A program made the translations under genes and the position numbers. From Balanoglossus misakiensis (taxonomy: Eukaryota > Animalia > Hemichordata), in NCBI GenBank assembly GCA_040954595.2, contig CM082576.2, positions 20,073,028 to 20,137,027 on the forward strand: a DNA stretch of 64,000 bases, written 5' to 3'. Under the pieces are notes generated by a model. That model was not told the origin of the DNA. It made no database searches and saw only the letters and a program-made list of their open reading frames with translations. Positions within the stretch are counted from its first letter, which is position 1. Each line of letters starts with the position of its first letter. Positions 13,501 through 27,685 of this stretch are shown here, in pieces.

Positions 13501-16500
13501 AAGACCGAAGGGCAAAGGCGATAAAGGATCGATCTGTCCGTCTACAAAATGGCCACTATCAGTTGAAGCTACCTTGGAAATTTGAAGAACCAGCCTTACC
13601 AAATAACAGGCATGTAGCTGAGAAACGACTCAACCTACTCAAAAGACGTCTACTTAAAGATCCAGATCTCCATGAAAAGTACAGTACAACTATACAAGAC
13701 TATATTGTACAAGGTCATGCAAAAGAAGTATCTGATGAAAACAAAGAAGACGATAGATGGTTATGGTACCTACCTCATCATCCGGTGACGCATCCCATGA
13801 AACCAGAAAAGGTGAGAGTCGTCTTCGATTGTGCTGCCAAATGTGGAGGAACTTCACTGAACGATCAACTCCTGCAGGGTCCGGATTTGACCAATTCCTT
13901 GGTTGGAGTCTTGCTACGGTTCCGTCAGTATCCTGTTGCAGTGGTTGCTGATATCAAGCAAATGTTTCACCAAGTTCATGTCGACCCCGAAGATTGTGAT
14001 GTCCTGCGATTCCTATGGTGGCCTAACGGTGACCTCACGAAGGAGCCCGTCGATCATCAAATGCTTGTTCATTTGTTTGGCGCGACATCATCACCTAGTT
14101 GTTCAGCATACGCCCTCCGGAGAACAGCTGATGACAATAGAAGTAACTTCGACTCGGACATCATAGATGCTGTCTACAGAAATTTCTACGTGGATGATTT
14201 CTTAAAATCAGTACTTGCCGTGGACACAGCCAAGAGACTCATCACTGAAGTTTCAGCACTTTTGTCTAATGGTGGATTTCATCTGACCAAATGGATTTCT
14301 AATTGCACAGAAGTATTGTCCTCCATCCCGTCAGAAGAAAGGGCGCCATCTGTGATGAATTTAGACCTGGAAGACTTACCAGTTGACAGAGCTCTTGGTG
14401 TACAATGGGACATTCAAGAAGATACTATGAGCTTCAGAGTTGGCAAGGAAAGTAAAAGTGAAACTCGAAGAGGGATTCTCTCAGTTGTAGCATCTGTGTA
14501 CGACCCACTAGGATTTGTTGCACCATTTGTATTGCCGGCTAAGCACATATTACAAGAATTATGCAAAGAAGGATGTGGATGGGATGAAGCCATACCAGTG
14601 AAATATCTAGTTGTTTGGCGTGAATGGTTACAGAAGTTACCGATGTTAAAAGCCATGGTAATTCCACGGTGTTACACACCTCCAGGTTTTGGCCAGCCAC
14701 AATCTATAGAAATTCATCATTTCTGCGATGCTTCAACGGAAGGATATGGGGTTGTTTCCTACCTACGGTTTATTGACAAAGGTGGTAACTTTCACTGCAG
14801 CCTCGTGACTGGCAAATCTAGAGTTGCTCCACTGAAGACCATTACAGTACCAAGATTGGAATTGACAGCAGCAACAGTGGCCGTTAAAGTCAGCAAACAG
14901 ATAAAACAAGAACTTCAATTTCCTATCCATCGAGAGCGATTCTGGACAGACTCTACCATTGTTATACAATATATCTGCAGCTCAACAAGACGCTTCAAGA
15001 CCTTTGTAGCCAACCGCCTACAACTAATACACGATGCAACACTACCGTCACAATGGCATCATGTTCCTTCACAACTCAATCCAGCTGATTGTGCCTCCCG
15101 AGGTATTACCTTGAATGCCGCCAAAGCGAAGTCCAAACTGTGGTTCGAAGGTCCAGAATTTCTCTGAAAATCTGAAGGAAACTGGCCAACCCAACCTACC
15201 GACTTACCAAGAATATCGGATGAGGACAACGAATTGAAAATGGCAAAGGTATGCGCAGTGGTAAACAGCAACCAGACAGATGACACTGATATCATCCATT
15301 CGTTAATTCACAGATTTTCGTCATGGTACAAACTTTGCAAATCTGTCGCTTGGATTTTACGATACAAGAAGTATCTCCGAGCTCGCATTGAGAATGGCGG
15401 AAATGGTAAAGTTCCGGTTGGTGCTCTAACGGTGTCAGAAGTGTCCGATGCTACCTTAGAAGTCATTACAGTCGTTCAACGGAAAGCGTTTCCTAAGGAA
15501 ATATCAACACAGTTGAAGAATCCAAGCAGAAAACCAGATTCTGAAGGATATACCAGTCCACTTTGCAGACTCAGTCCAATCTACAAAGATGGCATTATAC
15601 ACGTTGGTGGAAGACTAAACAACTCCCTCATAGATGAAACCACAAAACATCCTATTATTCTACCCCATAATCATCAAGTGACCGAATTAATTGTTCAGTT
15701 TTTCCATGAGCAGGAAGGTCACGTAGGAACCACCCATGTGTTATCCAGAATCCGAAAAGAATATTGGATTTTGAGAGGCCAAGCTACTGTCAGAAGAATT
15801 CTGCGGAAATGTGTAGTGTGCAGGAGATGGAATGCAAGACCTGGAACGCAAATAATGGCGCCACTTCCAACCCCAAGAGTTACTCCAGGTGAGAGTGCAT
15901 TTGCTGCAGTGGGAATCGACTTCTTTGGTCCTCTGAAAGTCAAGTGGAGAAGAGGAACGTCCAAACGATACGGATGTATATTCACCTGTCTCGCCATACG
16001 AGCTGTGCATATTGAAGTCACCCACAGTTTATCCACAGATTCATTTATTCAGGCAGTATGGAGATTTGTCAGCAGACGTGGTCCACCAAAAACGGTATAC
16101 AGTGACAACGGAACAAATTTCCGGGGAGCGGAAACTGAAATCAAAGAAGCTCTAGCGAGTTGGAATCAAGAGAAGATAACTGATAGTCTACGCAAGAGGG
16201 ATATCCAATGGTATTTCAATGCACCCGCAGCCAGTCATACTGGAGGAGTTTGGGAAAGGATGATACGTTCAGTGCGGAAAATCCTACGAGCACTCGTTGG
16301 AAACCAACTAATTGACGACGAAACTTTACTTACTGTCTTGGCGGAGGTGGAGAAGATTATCAATGATCGACCTTTCACCCGTCAATCAGATGACCCGAAT
16401 GACCTTGAAGCACTGACGCCTAATAGCCTGTTACTACTGAGGCCGAATCCATGCACATATCCTGCAGACACTGTCACGACCAGTACAGCTAATCACAGAA

Positions 16501-16805
16501 GGAACCAAGCTAATCTCATAGCGAACTCGTTTTGGAAACGATGGCTACACGAATACCTGCCTTCCCTTCAGCAGAGACAGAAGTGGTTGAAGCCCAAGAG
16601 AAATCTGACTGTTGGAGATTTGGTTATCGTGGTAGAGGAAAATATTCCAAGAGGACAGTGGTCAAAAGGACTAGTTCAGCAAACTTACCCAGATCAGTAC
16701 GGCAATGTGCGCCAGGTCCTAGTGAAGACTGAAAAAGGAAGATTGCGTAGAGATGTTCGCAAACTGTGCTTGCTTGAGGAAAGTAGTACACGTATTACAC
16801 CATAA
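10533..16805 (+). pseudogene. BEL/Pao gag-pol polyprotein (~2090 codons, single frame) with two in-frame stops
   Basis: ORFs 10533-11102, 11190-15167 and 15234-16805 are all in one frame, separated by TAG (11100-02) and TGA (15165-67, at the usual GPxFLW position). Motifs seen: Cys-His knuckles (CLFCQGQHQLQRC...CPVTDCGRLHHPLLH), protease LDNGSD, RT FYVDD, RNase H FCDAS...PRLEL...WTDS...NPAD, integrase H..H..CVVC, GIDFFGP, SDNGTNF, GGVWERMIR. Confidence 0.95.
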
Positions 16806-19800
16806 TTAATTAGTAATAGCATATCTGGAATTCGTAATTTAAATCACGCCGTAGGAAATCTGACTTGATCAACGTGGTCAATGTACGCCTGTTTCTGCTC
16901 TAGAGTGCCGGGGCTTCAGCTGAGCCAGGCCGTAGGAAACCCGACGTGATTACCGTTGTTAACTTACGCCAGTCTGTGTCCTATATATAGTGCCGGGGCA
17001 TCAGCCGTGCCAGGCCGAAGGAAATGTGAATAGATCAACGTGGTCTCTGTACGCGTGTTTCTGCTCTAGAGTGCCAGGGCTTTAGCCAAGCCATGCCGTA
17101 GGAAATCTGACTTGATCAACGTTGCTAACGAACGCTAGTGTCTGTCATGGTGTTCCGGGGTTTTAGTCGAGCCAGGCCGTAGGAAATCTGACTTGATCAT
17201 CGTGGTCAATGTACGCGTGTTTCCGCTCTAAAGTGCCGGGGCTTCAGCTAAACCAGGCCGTAGGAAATCTGACTTGATCACCGTTGCTAACGTACGCTAG
17301 TGTCTGTCATATTGTGACGGAGATTTAGCCGAGCCAGGCCGTAGAAAAATCGACTTGTTCAACGTTACCAGTGTGCAACTGTTTCTGCTCTAGAGTAACT
17401 GGGTTTTAGCCGACTTATGCTGTAGGAAATGTGAGTTGATGAACGGGAATTCAATGTTAGAAAACCCGTGTGGAAAGTATCTCTACCCGTTTGAAACTAA
17501 GAAAAGAATTTATTCTTATTTATTTTGTAAAAAAGACAATTTTTCGAAAAAAAGTCGAAAATGGTAATTTTGTCTTGGGTGATTCAAATTATACCGCCTT
17601 TTCTGGAATTTGCAGCACTTTTTACAAGAGAACGACACTTCATGCTCCATAATATTTCCGAAAATGAAGAAAAGAGTTAATTTTTTATGATTTTTAAAAA
17701 TTTACCATTTTTTTCAAAATATGGCCAAAATGGCTATTTTTTCTTGAATTCCGTCAATATCTCTGCATTTTTGGAGAGGTCGAAAGTTTTAACATACAAT
17801 CAACATGTCATATATGATCAGGGCACCAAATTCGAAGAACAAAGGTTTTTTATTTTTTTCTAAAAATGACATTTTCAAGAAAAATTTGGTAAAACGCAAT
17901 TTTGTCTGCAGTGAGCCAAATTGGCCGTTTTTTTTGTGGAATTTGTATCGATATATATATATACGAAGAGCATTCTATACTCCATCAGATTTCCGAAAAT
18001 GTAGAAAACAGGTATTTTTTGTAATTTTCAAAAATTTACCATTTTGACCAAATTGTGGCTAAAATTGTTATTTTCGTGTTGAATGCCGCCAGTGTCACTG
18101 CTTTTAAAAGTCATAAAAACTTTTAACATACAAGCAATTGTTTATATATGATCAGGTCACCGAATTAAAAAAATAAAGAATGTTTTCCCTAAAAATGACC
18201 TTTTTGGTGCAAAAACGAAAAAAACGCAATTTTGTATTAAATCAGCTCATTCAGAGTGCATTTTTTATAATCAGCAAAATTTTTACATATAATGGAAATT
18301 TCATACATCATCAGATATCCAAATATGAAAAAATTATTTAGATTTTAGATGATTGTCCAAAATTAGCTGATATCTAATAAATGTAGTATTGAACCGTTCT
18401 GTCCCCCCCCCCCCCTACATTATATGCGGTACGCCGATGTCAGCTTACCCGGCAGTACTGAAGGCCGTGCCCCCAACTAACGTCGGTGTTTGAAACGCCC
18501 TGGTTAAATTCGGGCTCTCTCTATAAATTGACAGGCAATAATGCAGTCCTACCCGAACAAATGTCGAGTGTTGACCCGCTGTGACTTTCCCTCTTCGGTT
18601 TGCCCGACTTAGCCATCGTCTTTGTACTAGAGTGTCGGGTCTTTTGCAGAGCCAGGCCGAAAGAAATCCGACTTGATCACCGTTGCTAACGAACGCTAGT
18701 GTCTGTCATGGTGTGCCGGGGTTTTAGTCGAGCCAGGCCGTAGGAGATCTGACTTGATCATCGTGGTCAATGTACGCGTGTTTCCGCTCTAAAGTGCCGG
18801 GGCTTCAGCTAAACTAGGCCGTAGGAAATCCGACGTAATCACCGTTGATAACTTACGCCAGTCTGTGTCATATAGAGCCGGTGCACCAGCCGAGTCACGC
18901 CGTAGGAAATCTGACTTGATCAACGTGGTCAATGTACGCATGTTTCTGCTCTAGAGTGCCGGGGCTTCAGCTGAGCCAGGCCGTAGGAAACCCGACGTGA
19001 TTACCGTTGTTAACTTACGCCAGTCTGTGTCCTATATATAGTGCCGGGGCATCAGCCGTGCCAGGCCGAAGGAAATGTGAGTAGATCAACGTGGTCTCTG
19101 TACGCGTGTTTCTGCTCTAGAGTGCCGGGGCTTTATCCAAGCCATGCCGTAGAAAATCTGACTTGATCACCGTTGCTAACGCACGCTAGTGTCTGTCATA
19201 GTGTGCCGGGGTTTTAGTCGAGCCAAGCCGTAGGAGATCAGACTTGATCAACGTGGTCTCTGTACGCGTGTTTCTGCTCTAGAGTGCCGGGGCTTTATCC
19301 AAGCCATGCCGTAGAAAATCTGACTTGATCACCGTTGCTAACGTACGCTAGTGTCTGTCATATTGTGACGGAGATTTAGCCGAGCCAGGCCGTAGAAAAA
19401 TCGACTTATTCAACGTTACCAGTGTGCAACTGTTTCTGCTATAGTGTCAGGGTTTTAGCCGACTTATGCTGTAGGAAATCTGAGTTGATAAACGGGAATT
19501 CAATGTTAGAAAACCCGTGTGGAAAGTATCTCTACCCGTTTCAAACTAAGAAAAGAATTTATTCTTATTTATTATGAAAAAAAGACAATTTTTCGAAAAA
19601 AAGTCGAAAATGGTAATTTTGTCTTGGGTGATTCAAATTATACCGCCTTTTCTGGAATTTGCAGCACTTTTTACAAGAGAACGACACTTCGTGCTCCAAA
19701 ATATTTCCGAAAATGAAGAAAAGAGTTAATTTTTTATGATTTTTTAAAAATTTACCATTTTTGTCAAAATATGGCCAAAATGACTATTTTTTCTTGAATT

Positions 19801-22800
19801 CCGTCAATATCTCTGCATGTTTGAAGTGGTCGAAAGTTTTAACATACAATCAACATGTCATATATGATCAGGGCACCAAATTCGAAGAACAAAGGTTTTT
19901 TTATTATTTTTTTCTAAAAATCACATTTTCAAGCAAAATTTGATAACATGCAATTTTGTCTGCAGTGAGCCAAATTAGACTGTCTTTTGTGGAATTTGTA
20001 TCGATATTTACATACGAAGAGCATTCTATACTCCATCAGATTTCCGAAAATGTAGAAAACAGGTATTTTTTGTAATTTTCAAAAATTTACCATTTTGACC
20101 AAATTGTGGCTAAAATTGTTATTTTCGTGTTGAATGCCGCCAGTGTCACTGCTTTTAAAAGTCATAAAAACTTTTAACATACAAGCAATTGTTTATATAT
20201 GATCAGGTCACCGAATTAAAAAAATAAAGAATGTTTTCCCTAAAAATGACCTTTTTGGTGCAAAAACGAATAAAACGCAATTTTGTATTAAATCAGCTCA
20301 TTCAGAGTGCATTTTTTATAATCAGCACATTTTTTACATATAATGGAAATTTCATACATCATCAGATATCCAAATATGAAAAAATGATTTAGATTTTAGA
20401 TGATTGTCCAAAATTAGCCGATATCTAATAAATGTAGTATTGAACCGTTCTGTCCCCCCCCCCCCTACATTATATGCGGTACGCCGATGTCAGCTTACCC
20501 GGCAGTACTGAAGGCCGTGCCCCCAACTAACGTCGGTGTTTGAAACGCCCTGGTTAAATTCGGGCTCTCTCTATAAATTGACAGGCAATAATGCAGTCCT
20601 ACCCGAACAAATGTCGAGTGTTGACCCGCTGTGACTTTCCCTCTTCGGTTTGCCCGACTTAGCCATCGTCTTTGTACTAGAGTGTCGGGTCTTTTGCAGA
20701 GCCAGGCCGAAAGAAATCCGACTTGATCACCGTTGCTAACGAACGCTAGTGTCTGTCATGGTGTGCCGGGGTTTTAGTCGAGCCAGGCCGTAGGAGATCT
20801 GACTTGATCATCGTGGTCAATGTACGCGTGTTTCCGCTCTAAAGTGCCGGGGCTTCAGCTAAACTAGGCCGTAGGAAATCCGACGTAATCACCGTTGATA
20901 ACTTACGCCAGTCTGTGTCATATAGAGCCGGTGCACCAGCCGAGTCACGCCGTAGGAAATCTGACTTGATCAACGTGGTCAATGTACGCATGTTTCTGCT
21001 CTAGAGTGCCGGGGCTTCAGCTGAGCCAGGCCGTAGGAAACCCGACGTGATTACCGTTGTTAACTTACGCCAGTCTGTGTCCTATATATAGTGCCGGGGC
21101 ATCAGCCGTGCCAGGCCGAAGGAAATGTGAGTAGATCAACGTGGTCTCTGTACGCGTGTTTCTGCTCTAGAGTGCCGGGGCTTTATCCAAGCCATGCCGT
21201 AGAAAATCTGACTTGATCACCGTTGCTAACGCACGCTAGTGTCTGTCATAGTGTGCCGGGGTTTTAGTCGAGCCAAGCCGTAGGAGATCAGACTTGATCA
21301 ACGTGGTCTCTGTACGCGTGTTTCTGCTCTAGAGTGCCGGGGCTTTATCCAAGCCATGCCGTAGAAAATCTGACTTGATCACCGTTGCTAACGTACGCTA
21401 GTGTCTGTCATATTGTGACGGAGATTTAGCCGAGCCAGGCCGTAGAAAAATCGACTTATTCAACGTTACCAGTGTGCAACTGTTTCTGCTATAGTGTCAG
21501 GGTTTTAGCCGACTTATGCTGTAGGAAATCTGAGTTGATAAACGGGAATTCAATGTTAGAAAACCCGTGTGGAAAGTATCTCTACCCGTTTCAAACTAAG
21601 AAAAGAATTTATTCTTATTTATTATGTAAAAAAGACAATTTTTCGAAAAAAAGTCGAAAATGGTAATTTTGTCTTGGGTGATTCAAATTATACCGCCTTT
21701 TCTGGAATTTGCAGCACTTTTTACAAGAGAACGACACTTCGTGCTCCAAAATATTTCCGAAAATGAAGAAAAGAGTTAATTTTTTATGATTTTTTAAAAA
21801 TTTACCATTTTTGTCAAAATATGGCCAAAATGACTATTTTTTCTTGAATTCCGTCAATATCTCTGCATTTTTGGAGTGGTCGAAAGTTTTAACATACAAT
21901 CAATATGTCATATATGATCAGGGCACCAAATTCGGAGAACAAAGGTTTTTTTATTTTTTTTTCTAAAAATGACATTTTCAAGGAAAATTTGGTAAAACGC
22001 AATTTTGTCTGCAGTGAGCCAAATTAGACGGTCTTTTGTGGAATTTGTATCGATATATACATACATACGAAGAGCATTCTATACTCCATCAGATTTCCGA
22101 AAATGTAGAAAACAGGTATTTTTTGTAATTTTGAAAATTTTTCCATTTTGACCAAATTGTGGCTAAAATTGTTATTTAGGTGTTGAATGCCGCCAGTGTC
22201 ACTGCTTTTAAAAGTCATAAAAACTTTTAACATACAAGCAATTGTTTATATATGATCAGGTCACCGAATTAAAAAAATAAAGAATGTTTTGCCTAAAAAT
22301 GACCTTTTTGGTGCAAAAACGAATAAAACGCAATTTTGTATTAAATCAGAGTGCATTTTTTATAATCAGCACCATTTTCACATATATAATGGAAATTTCA
22401 TACATCATCAGATATCCAAATATGAAAAAAAATGATTTAGATGATTGTCCAAAATTAGCTGATATCTAATAAATGTAGTATTGAACCGTTCTGTTTCCCC
22501 CCCCCCCCCTACATTATATGCGGTACGCCGATGTCAGCTTACCCGGCAGTACTGCAGGCCGTGCCCCCAACTAACGTCGGTGTTTGAAACGCCCTGGTTA
22601 ACTTCGGGCTTTCTCTATAAATTGACAGGCAATAATGCAGTCCTACCCGAACAAATGTCGAGTGTTGACCCGCTGTGACTTTCCCTCTTCGGTTTGCCCG
22701 ACGTAGATAACGTCTTTGTACTAGAGTGTCGGGTCTTTTGCAGAGCCAGGCCGAAGGAAATCCGACTTGATCACCGTTGCTAACGAACGCTAGTGTCTGT

Positions 22801-25800
22801 CATGGTGTGTCGGGGTTTTAGTCGAGCCAGGCCGTAGGAGATCTGACTTGATCATCGTGGTCAATGTACGCGTGTTTCCGCTCTAAAGTGCCGGGGCTTC
22901 AGCTAAACCAGGCCGTAGGAAATCCGACGTAATCACCGTTGATAACTTACGCCAGTCTGTGTCATATAGAGCCGGTGCACCAGCCGAGTCACGCCGTAGG
23001 AAATCTGACTTGATCAACGTGGTCAATGTACGCCTGTTTCTGCTCTAGAGTGCCGGGGCTTCAGCTGAGCCAGGCCGTAGGAAACCCGACGTGATTACCG
23101 TTGTTAACTTACGCCAGTCTGTGTCCTATATATAGTGCCAAGGGAATCAACCGTGCCAGGCCGAAGGAAATGTGAGTAGATCAACGTGGTCTCTGTACGC
23201 GTGTTTCTGCTCTAGAGTGCCAGGGCTTTAGCCAAGCCATGCCGTAGGAAATTTGACTTGATCAACGTTGCTAACGAACGCTAGTGTTTGCCATAGTGTG
23301 CCGGGGTTTTAGTCGAGCCAAGCCGTAGGAGATCAGACTTGATCAACGTGGTCTCTGTACGCGTGTTTCTGCACTAGAGTGCCGGGGCTTTATCCAAGCC
23401 ATGCCGTAGACAATCTGACTTGATCACCAATGCTAACGTACGCTAGTGTCTGTCATATTGTGACGGAGATTTAGCCGAGCCAGGCCGTAGAAAAATCGAC
23501 TTGTTCAACGTTACCAGTGTGCAACTGTTTCTGCTCTAGAGCGTCAGGGTTTTAGCCAACTTATGCTGTAGGAAATCTGAGTTGATGAACGGGAATTCAA
23601 TGTTAGAAAACCCGTGTGGAAAGTATCTCTACCCGTTTGAAACTAAGAAAAGAATTTATTCTTATTTATTTTGTAAAAAAGACAATTTTTCGAAAAAAAG
23701 TCGAAAATGGTAATTTTGTCTTGGGTGATTCAAATTATACCGCCTTTTCTGGAATTTTCAGCACTTTTTACAAGAGAACGACACTTCATGCTCCATAATA
23801 TTTCCGAAAATGAAGAAAAGAGTTAATTTTTTATGATTTTTTAAAAATTTACCATTTTTGACAAAATATGGCCAAAATGGCTATTTTTTCTTGAATTCCG
23901 TCAATATCTCTGCATTTTTGGAGTGGTCGAAAGTTTTAACATACAATTAACATATTATATATGATCAGGGCACCAAATTCGAAGAACAAAGGTTTTTTTA
24001 TTATTTTTTCTAAAAATCACATTTTCAAGCAAAATTTGATGACATGCAATTTTGTCTGCAGTGAGCCAAATTAGACTGTCTTTTGTGGAATTTGTATCGA
24101 TATATACATACGAAGAGCATTCTATACTCCATCAGATTTCCGAAAATGTAGAAAACAGGTATTTTTTGTAATTTTCAAAAATTTACCATTTTGACCAAAT
24201 TGTGGCTAAAGTTGTTATTTTCGTGTTGAATGCCGCCAGTGTCACTGCTTTTAAAAGTCATAAAAACTTTTAACATACAAGCAATTGTTTATATATGATC
24301 AGGTCACCGAATTAAAAAAATAAAGAATGTTTTGCCTAAAAATGACCTTTTTGGTGCAAAAACGAATAAAACGCAATTTTGTATTAAATCAGCTCATTCA
24401 GAGTGCATTTTTTATAATCAGCACCATTTTTACATATAATGGAAATTTCATACATCATCAGATATCCAAATATGAAAAAATGATTTAGATTTTAGATGAT
24501 TGTCCAAAATTAGCTGATATCTAATAAATGTAGTATTGAACCGTTCTGTTTCCCCCCCCCCCCCCCTACATTATATGCGGTACGCCGATGTCAGCTTACC
24601 CGGCAGTACTGCAGGCCGTGCCCCCAACTAACGTCGGTGATTGAAACGCCCTGGTTAAATTCGGGCTTTCTCTATAAATTGACAGGCAATAATGCAGTCC
24701 TACCCGAACAAATGTCGAGTGTTGACCCGCTGTGACTTTCCCTCTTCGGTTTGCCAGACTTAGCCAACGTCTTTGTACTAGAGTGTCGGGTCTTTTGCAG
24801 AGCCAGGCCGAAGGAAATCCGACTTGATCACCGTTGCTAACGAACGCTAGTGTCTGTCATAGTGTGCCGGGGTTTTAGTCGAGCCAGGCCGTAGGAGATC
24901 TGACTTGATCATCGTGGGCAATGTACGCGTGTTTCCGCTCTAAAGTGCCGGGGCTTCAGCTAAACCAGGCCGTAGGAAATCCGACGTAATCACCGTTGAT
25001 AACTTACGCCAGTCTGTGTCATATAGAGCCGGTGCACCAGCCGAGTCACGCCGTAGGAAATCTGACTTGATCAACGTGGTCAATGTACGCCTGTTTCTGC
25101 TCTAGAGTGCCGGGGCTTCAGCTGAGCCAGGCCGTAGGAAACCCGACGTGATTACCGTTGTTAACTTACGCCAGTCTGTGTCCTATATATAGTGCCGGGG
25201 CATCAACCGTGCCAGGCCGAAGGAAATGTGAGTAGATCAACGTGGTCTCTGTACGCGTGTTTCTGCTCTAGAGTGCCAGGGCTTTAGCCAAGCCATGCCG
25301 TAGGAAATCTGACTTGATCAACGTTGCTAACGAACGCTAGTGTCTGTCATAGTGTGCCTGGGTTTTAGTCGAGCCAAGCCGTAGGAAATCAGACTTGATC
25401 AACGTGGTCTCTGTACGCGTGTTTCTGCTCTAGAGTGCCGGGGCTTTAGCCAAGCCATGCCGTAGGAAATCTGACTTGATCAACGTTGCTAACGAACGCT
25501 AGTGTCTGTCATAGTGTGCCTGGGTTTTAGTCGAGCCAAGCCGTAGGAAATCAGACTTGATCAACGTGGTCTCTGTACGCGTGTTTCTGCTCTAGAGTGC
25601 CGGGGCTTTATCTAAGCCATGCCGTAGAAAATCTGACTTGATCACCGTTGCTAACGTACGCTAGTGTCTGTCATATTGTGACGGAGATTTAGCTGATCCA
25701 GGCCGTAGGAAACCCGACGTGATTACCGTTGTTAACTTACGCCAGTCTGTGTCCTATATATAGTGCCGGGGCATCAGCCGTGCCAGGCCGAAGGAAATGT

Positions 25801-26247
25801 GAGTAGATCAATGTGGTCTCTGTACGCGTGTTTGTGCTCTAGAGTGCCAGGGCTTTAGCCAAGCCATGCCGCGGGAAATCTGACTTGATCAACGTTGCTA
25901 ACGAACGCTAGTGTCTGTCATAGTGTGCCAGGGTTTTAGTCGAGCCAAGCCGTAGGAGATCTGACTTGATCTTCGTGGTCAATGTACGCGTGTTTCCGCT
26001 CTAAAGTGCCGGGGCTTCAGCTAAACCAGGCCGTAGGAAATCCGACGTAATCACCGTTGATAACTTACGCCAGTCTGTGTCATATAGAGCCGGTGCACTA
26101 GCCGAGTCACGCCGTAGGAAATCTGACTTGATCAACGTGGTCTCTGTACGCCTGTTTCTGCTCTAGAGTGCCGGGGCTTTATCCAAGCCAGGCCGTAGAA
26201 AATCTGACATGATCACCGTTGCTAACGTTCGCTAGTGTCTGTCATAC

Positions 26248-27685
26248 TAGTCCTGTTTCAAAATGACCTACATTACACGTCCTATGCACATGTATTGCAT
26301 GTTCTGATTGGTTTATCCGCTTCTCTAAGGTCCACTTGTGGCACGCTGATTGGAGGGACCTTATGTGTTAGGTCTTATTACTATGTATTATTCACTTTAC
26401 AGCTCCCTGATTGGTTATTGTGTAGGTCTGGTCCTCCAGTGTTCACTGCCTCATTATGCAGGACCTTGTAGGTTAGGTCTTATTAATATGTATTTATTCA
26501 CCATACAGCTCCCTGATTGGTTAACGTGTCAGTCTGGTCCCCCCAGTGTTCACTGCCTCATTGTGAAATGTCCCATGTGCTTCCTGGCTAGCGTTGTGGT
26601 AACACATTATTCGGTTTGTCCGCAGATCGTTCATTGATTTTCTGAGAAATAGCCTGACTGATACTATCTCCAACATAAACCGCACCCTGGAAAGATTAAA
26701 TGATCATTTAGATGGACTTTGAAAATCTGATTTACTCATCTAAGCATTTTTGCTAACAGTTGTATATTTTTTTAATCACCCTCCTACTTCTCATCATCAA
26801 TTTTATTATTGTTGTTATTACTATTTTAAAGTAAATTTGTTTTGACGAAGATGTTGTGATAAGGACCACGTTGTCCGTTTATACATTCCTATATTGTTTT
26901 CATAAAAATGGAACTATGACGGTGCAGCTTCGTGAAAGAAGTACAATAAAAGTTATCATACCTGCAAAGCAACTAATGAGGTATCCCAAAGAAATGCAAT
27001 GCTATTCTAAACAATTTTTGGTTTGCTCGAATGAATAGCACACACTTCGTATTCAGCCAGGTGTTCCACAAAGTGATGCGCTGAAAGACATTACGTAACA
27101 AAACACTAGCCCATTTCAACAAACCGCCCCTGGAAATAAAATACTAAATTTCTCCTGGCAATTTTTATTTCGAGTATCTAGTTCACAGTATCACATAAAA
27201 TGCCATGAATAGTGAAGGAAAAGGTGAAATCCAATCAGTATATGAGTGCCTTTCTTTATACATTGGGATCGAGCTTCGACCACGCGCAGGCAGCATGCCA
27301 GACAGAATACAACAACTGTATTCAGAAAGTACAAAAGACTTTGCATAACGAGGCAGTGAAATCTGGAGACCTACACATTAACCAATCAGGGAGCTGAAAA
27401 TTGAATAAATACATATTAATAAGACCTAACTTACAAGGTCCTGCATAATGAGGCAGTGAACACTGGAGGACCAGACCTACACATTAACCAATCAGGGAGC
27501 TGTAAAGCGAATAATACATAGTAATAAGACCTAACCTACAAGGTCTAGTGAATAATATAAAATAATAAGACCTAACACATAAGGTCCCTCCAATCAGCGT
27601 GCCGCAAGTGGACCTAAGATTACCAGATGGACCAATCACAGATGTCGGTACATATGTCATGGACCTGACTTAAGAAACAGGACTA
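26248..27685. mobile_element. 1.44-kb non-autonomous inverted-repeat (MITE/foldback-like) element, superfamily uncertain
   Basis: Perfect 12-bp TIR TAGTCCTGTTTC / GAAACAGGACTA. Long subterminal inverted arms (~26328-26565 vs ~27343-27615) are built of ~100-bp sub-repeats. It interrupts the host 'gtcataYtgtgacggag'. No coding capacity. Confidence 0.88.

Larger units (their letters stand above)
9809..16843 (+). mobile_element. BEL/Pao LTR retrotransposon, 3' LTR deleted
   Basis: Starts TGTAAG immediately after host 'agagccgg' and has a gag-PR-RT-RH-IN polyprotein. Host sequence resumes at 'tcacgccgtagg' (16844), only 38 bp after the stop codon, with ~13 bp of host missing. No PPT, 3' LTR or TSD is present. 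Confidence 0.95.
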
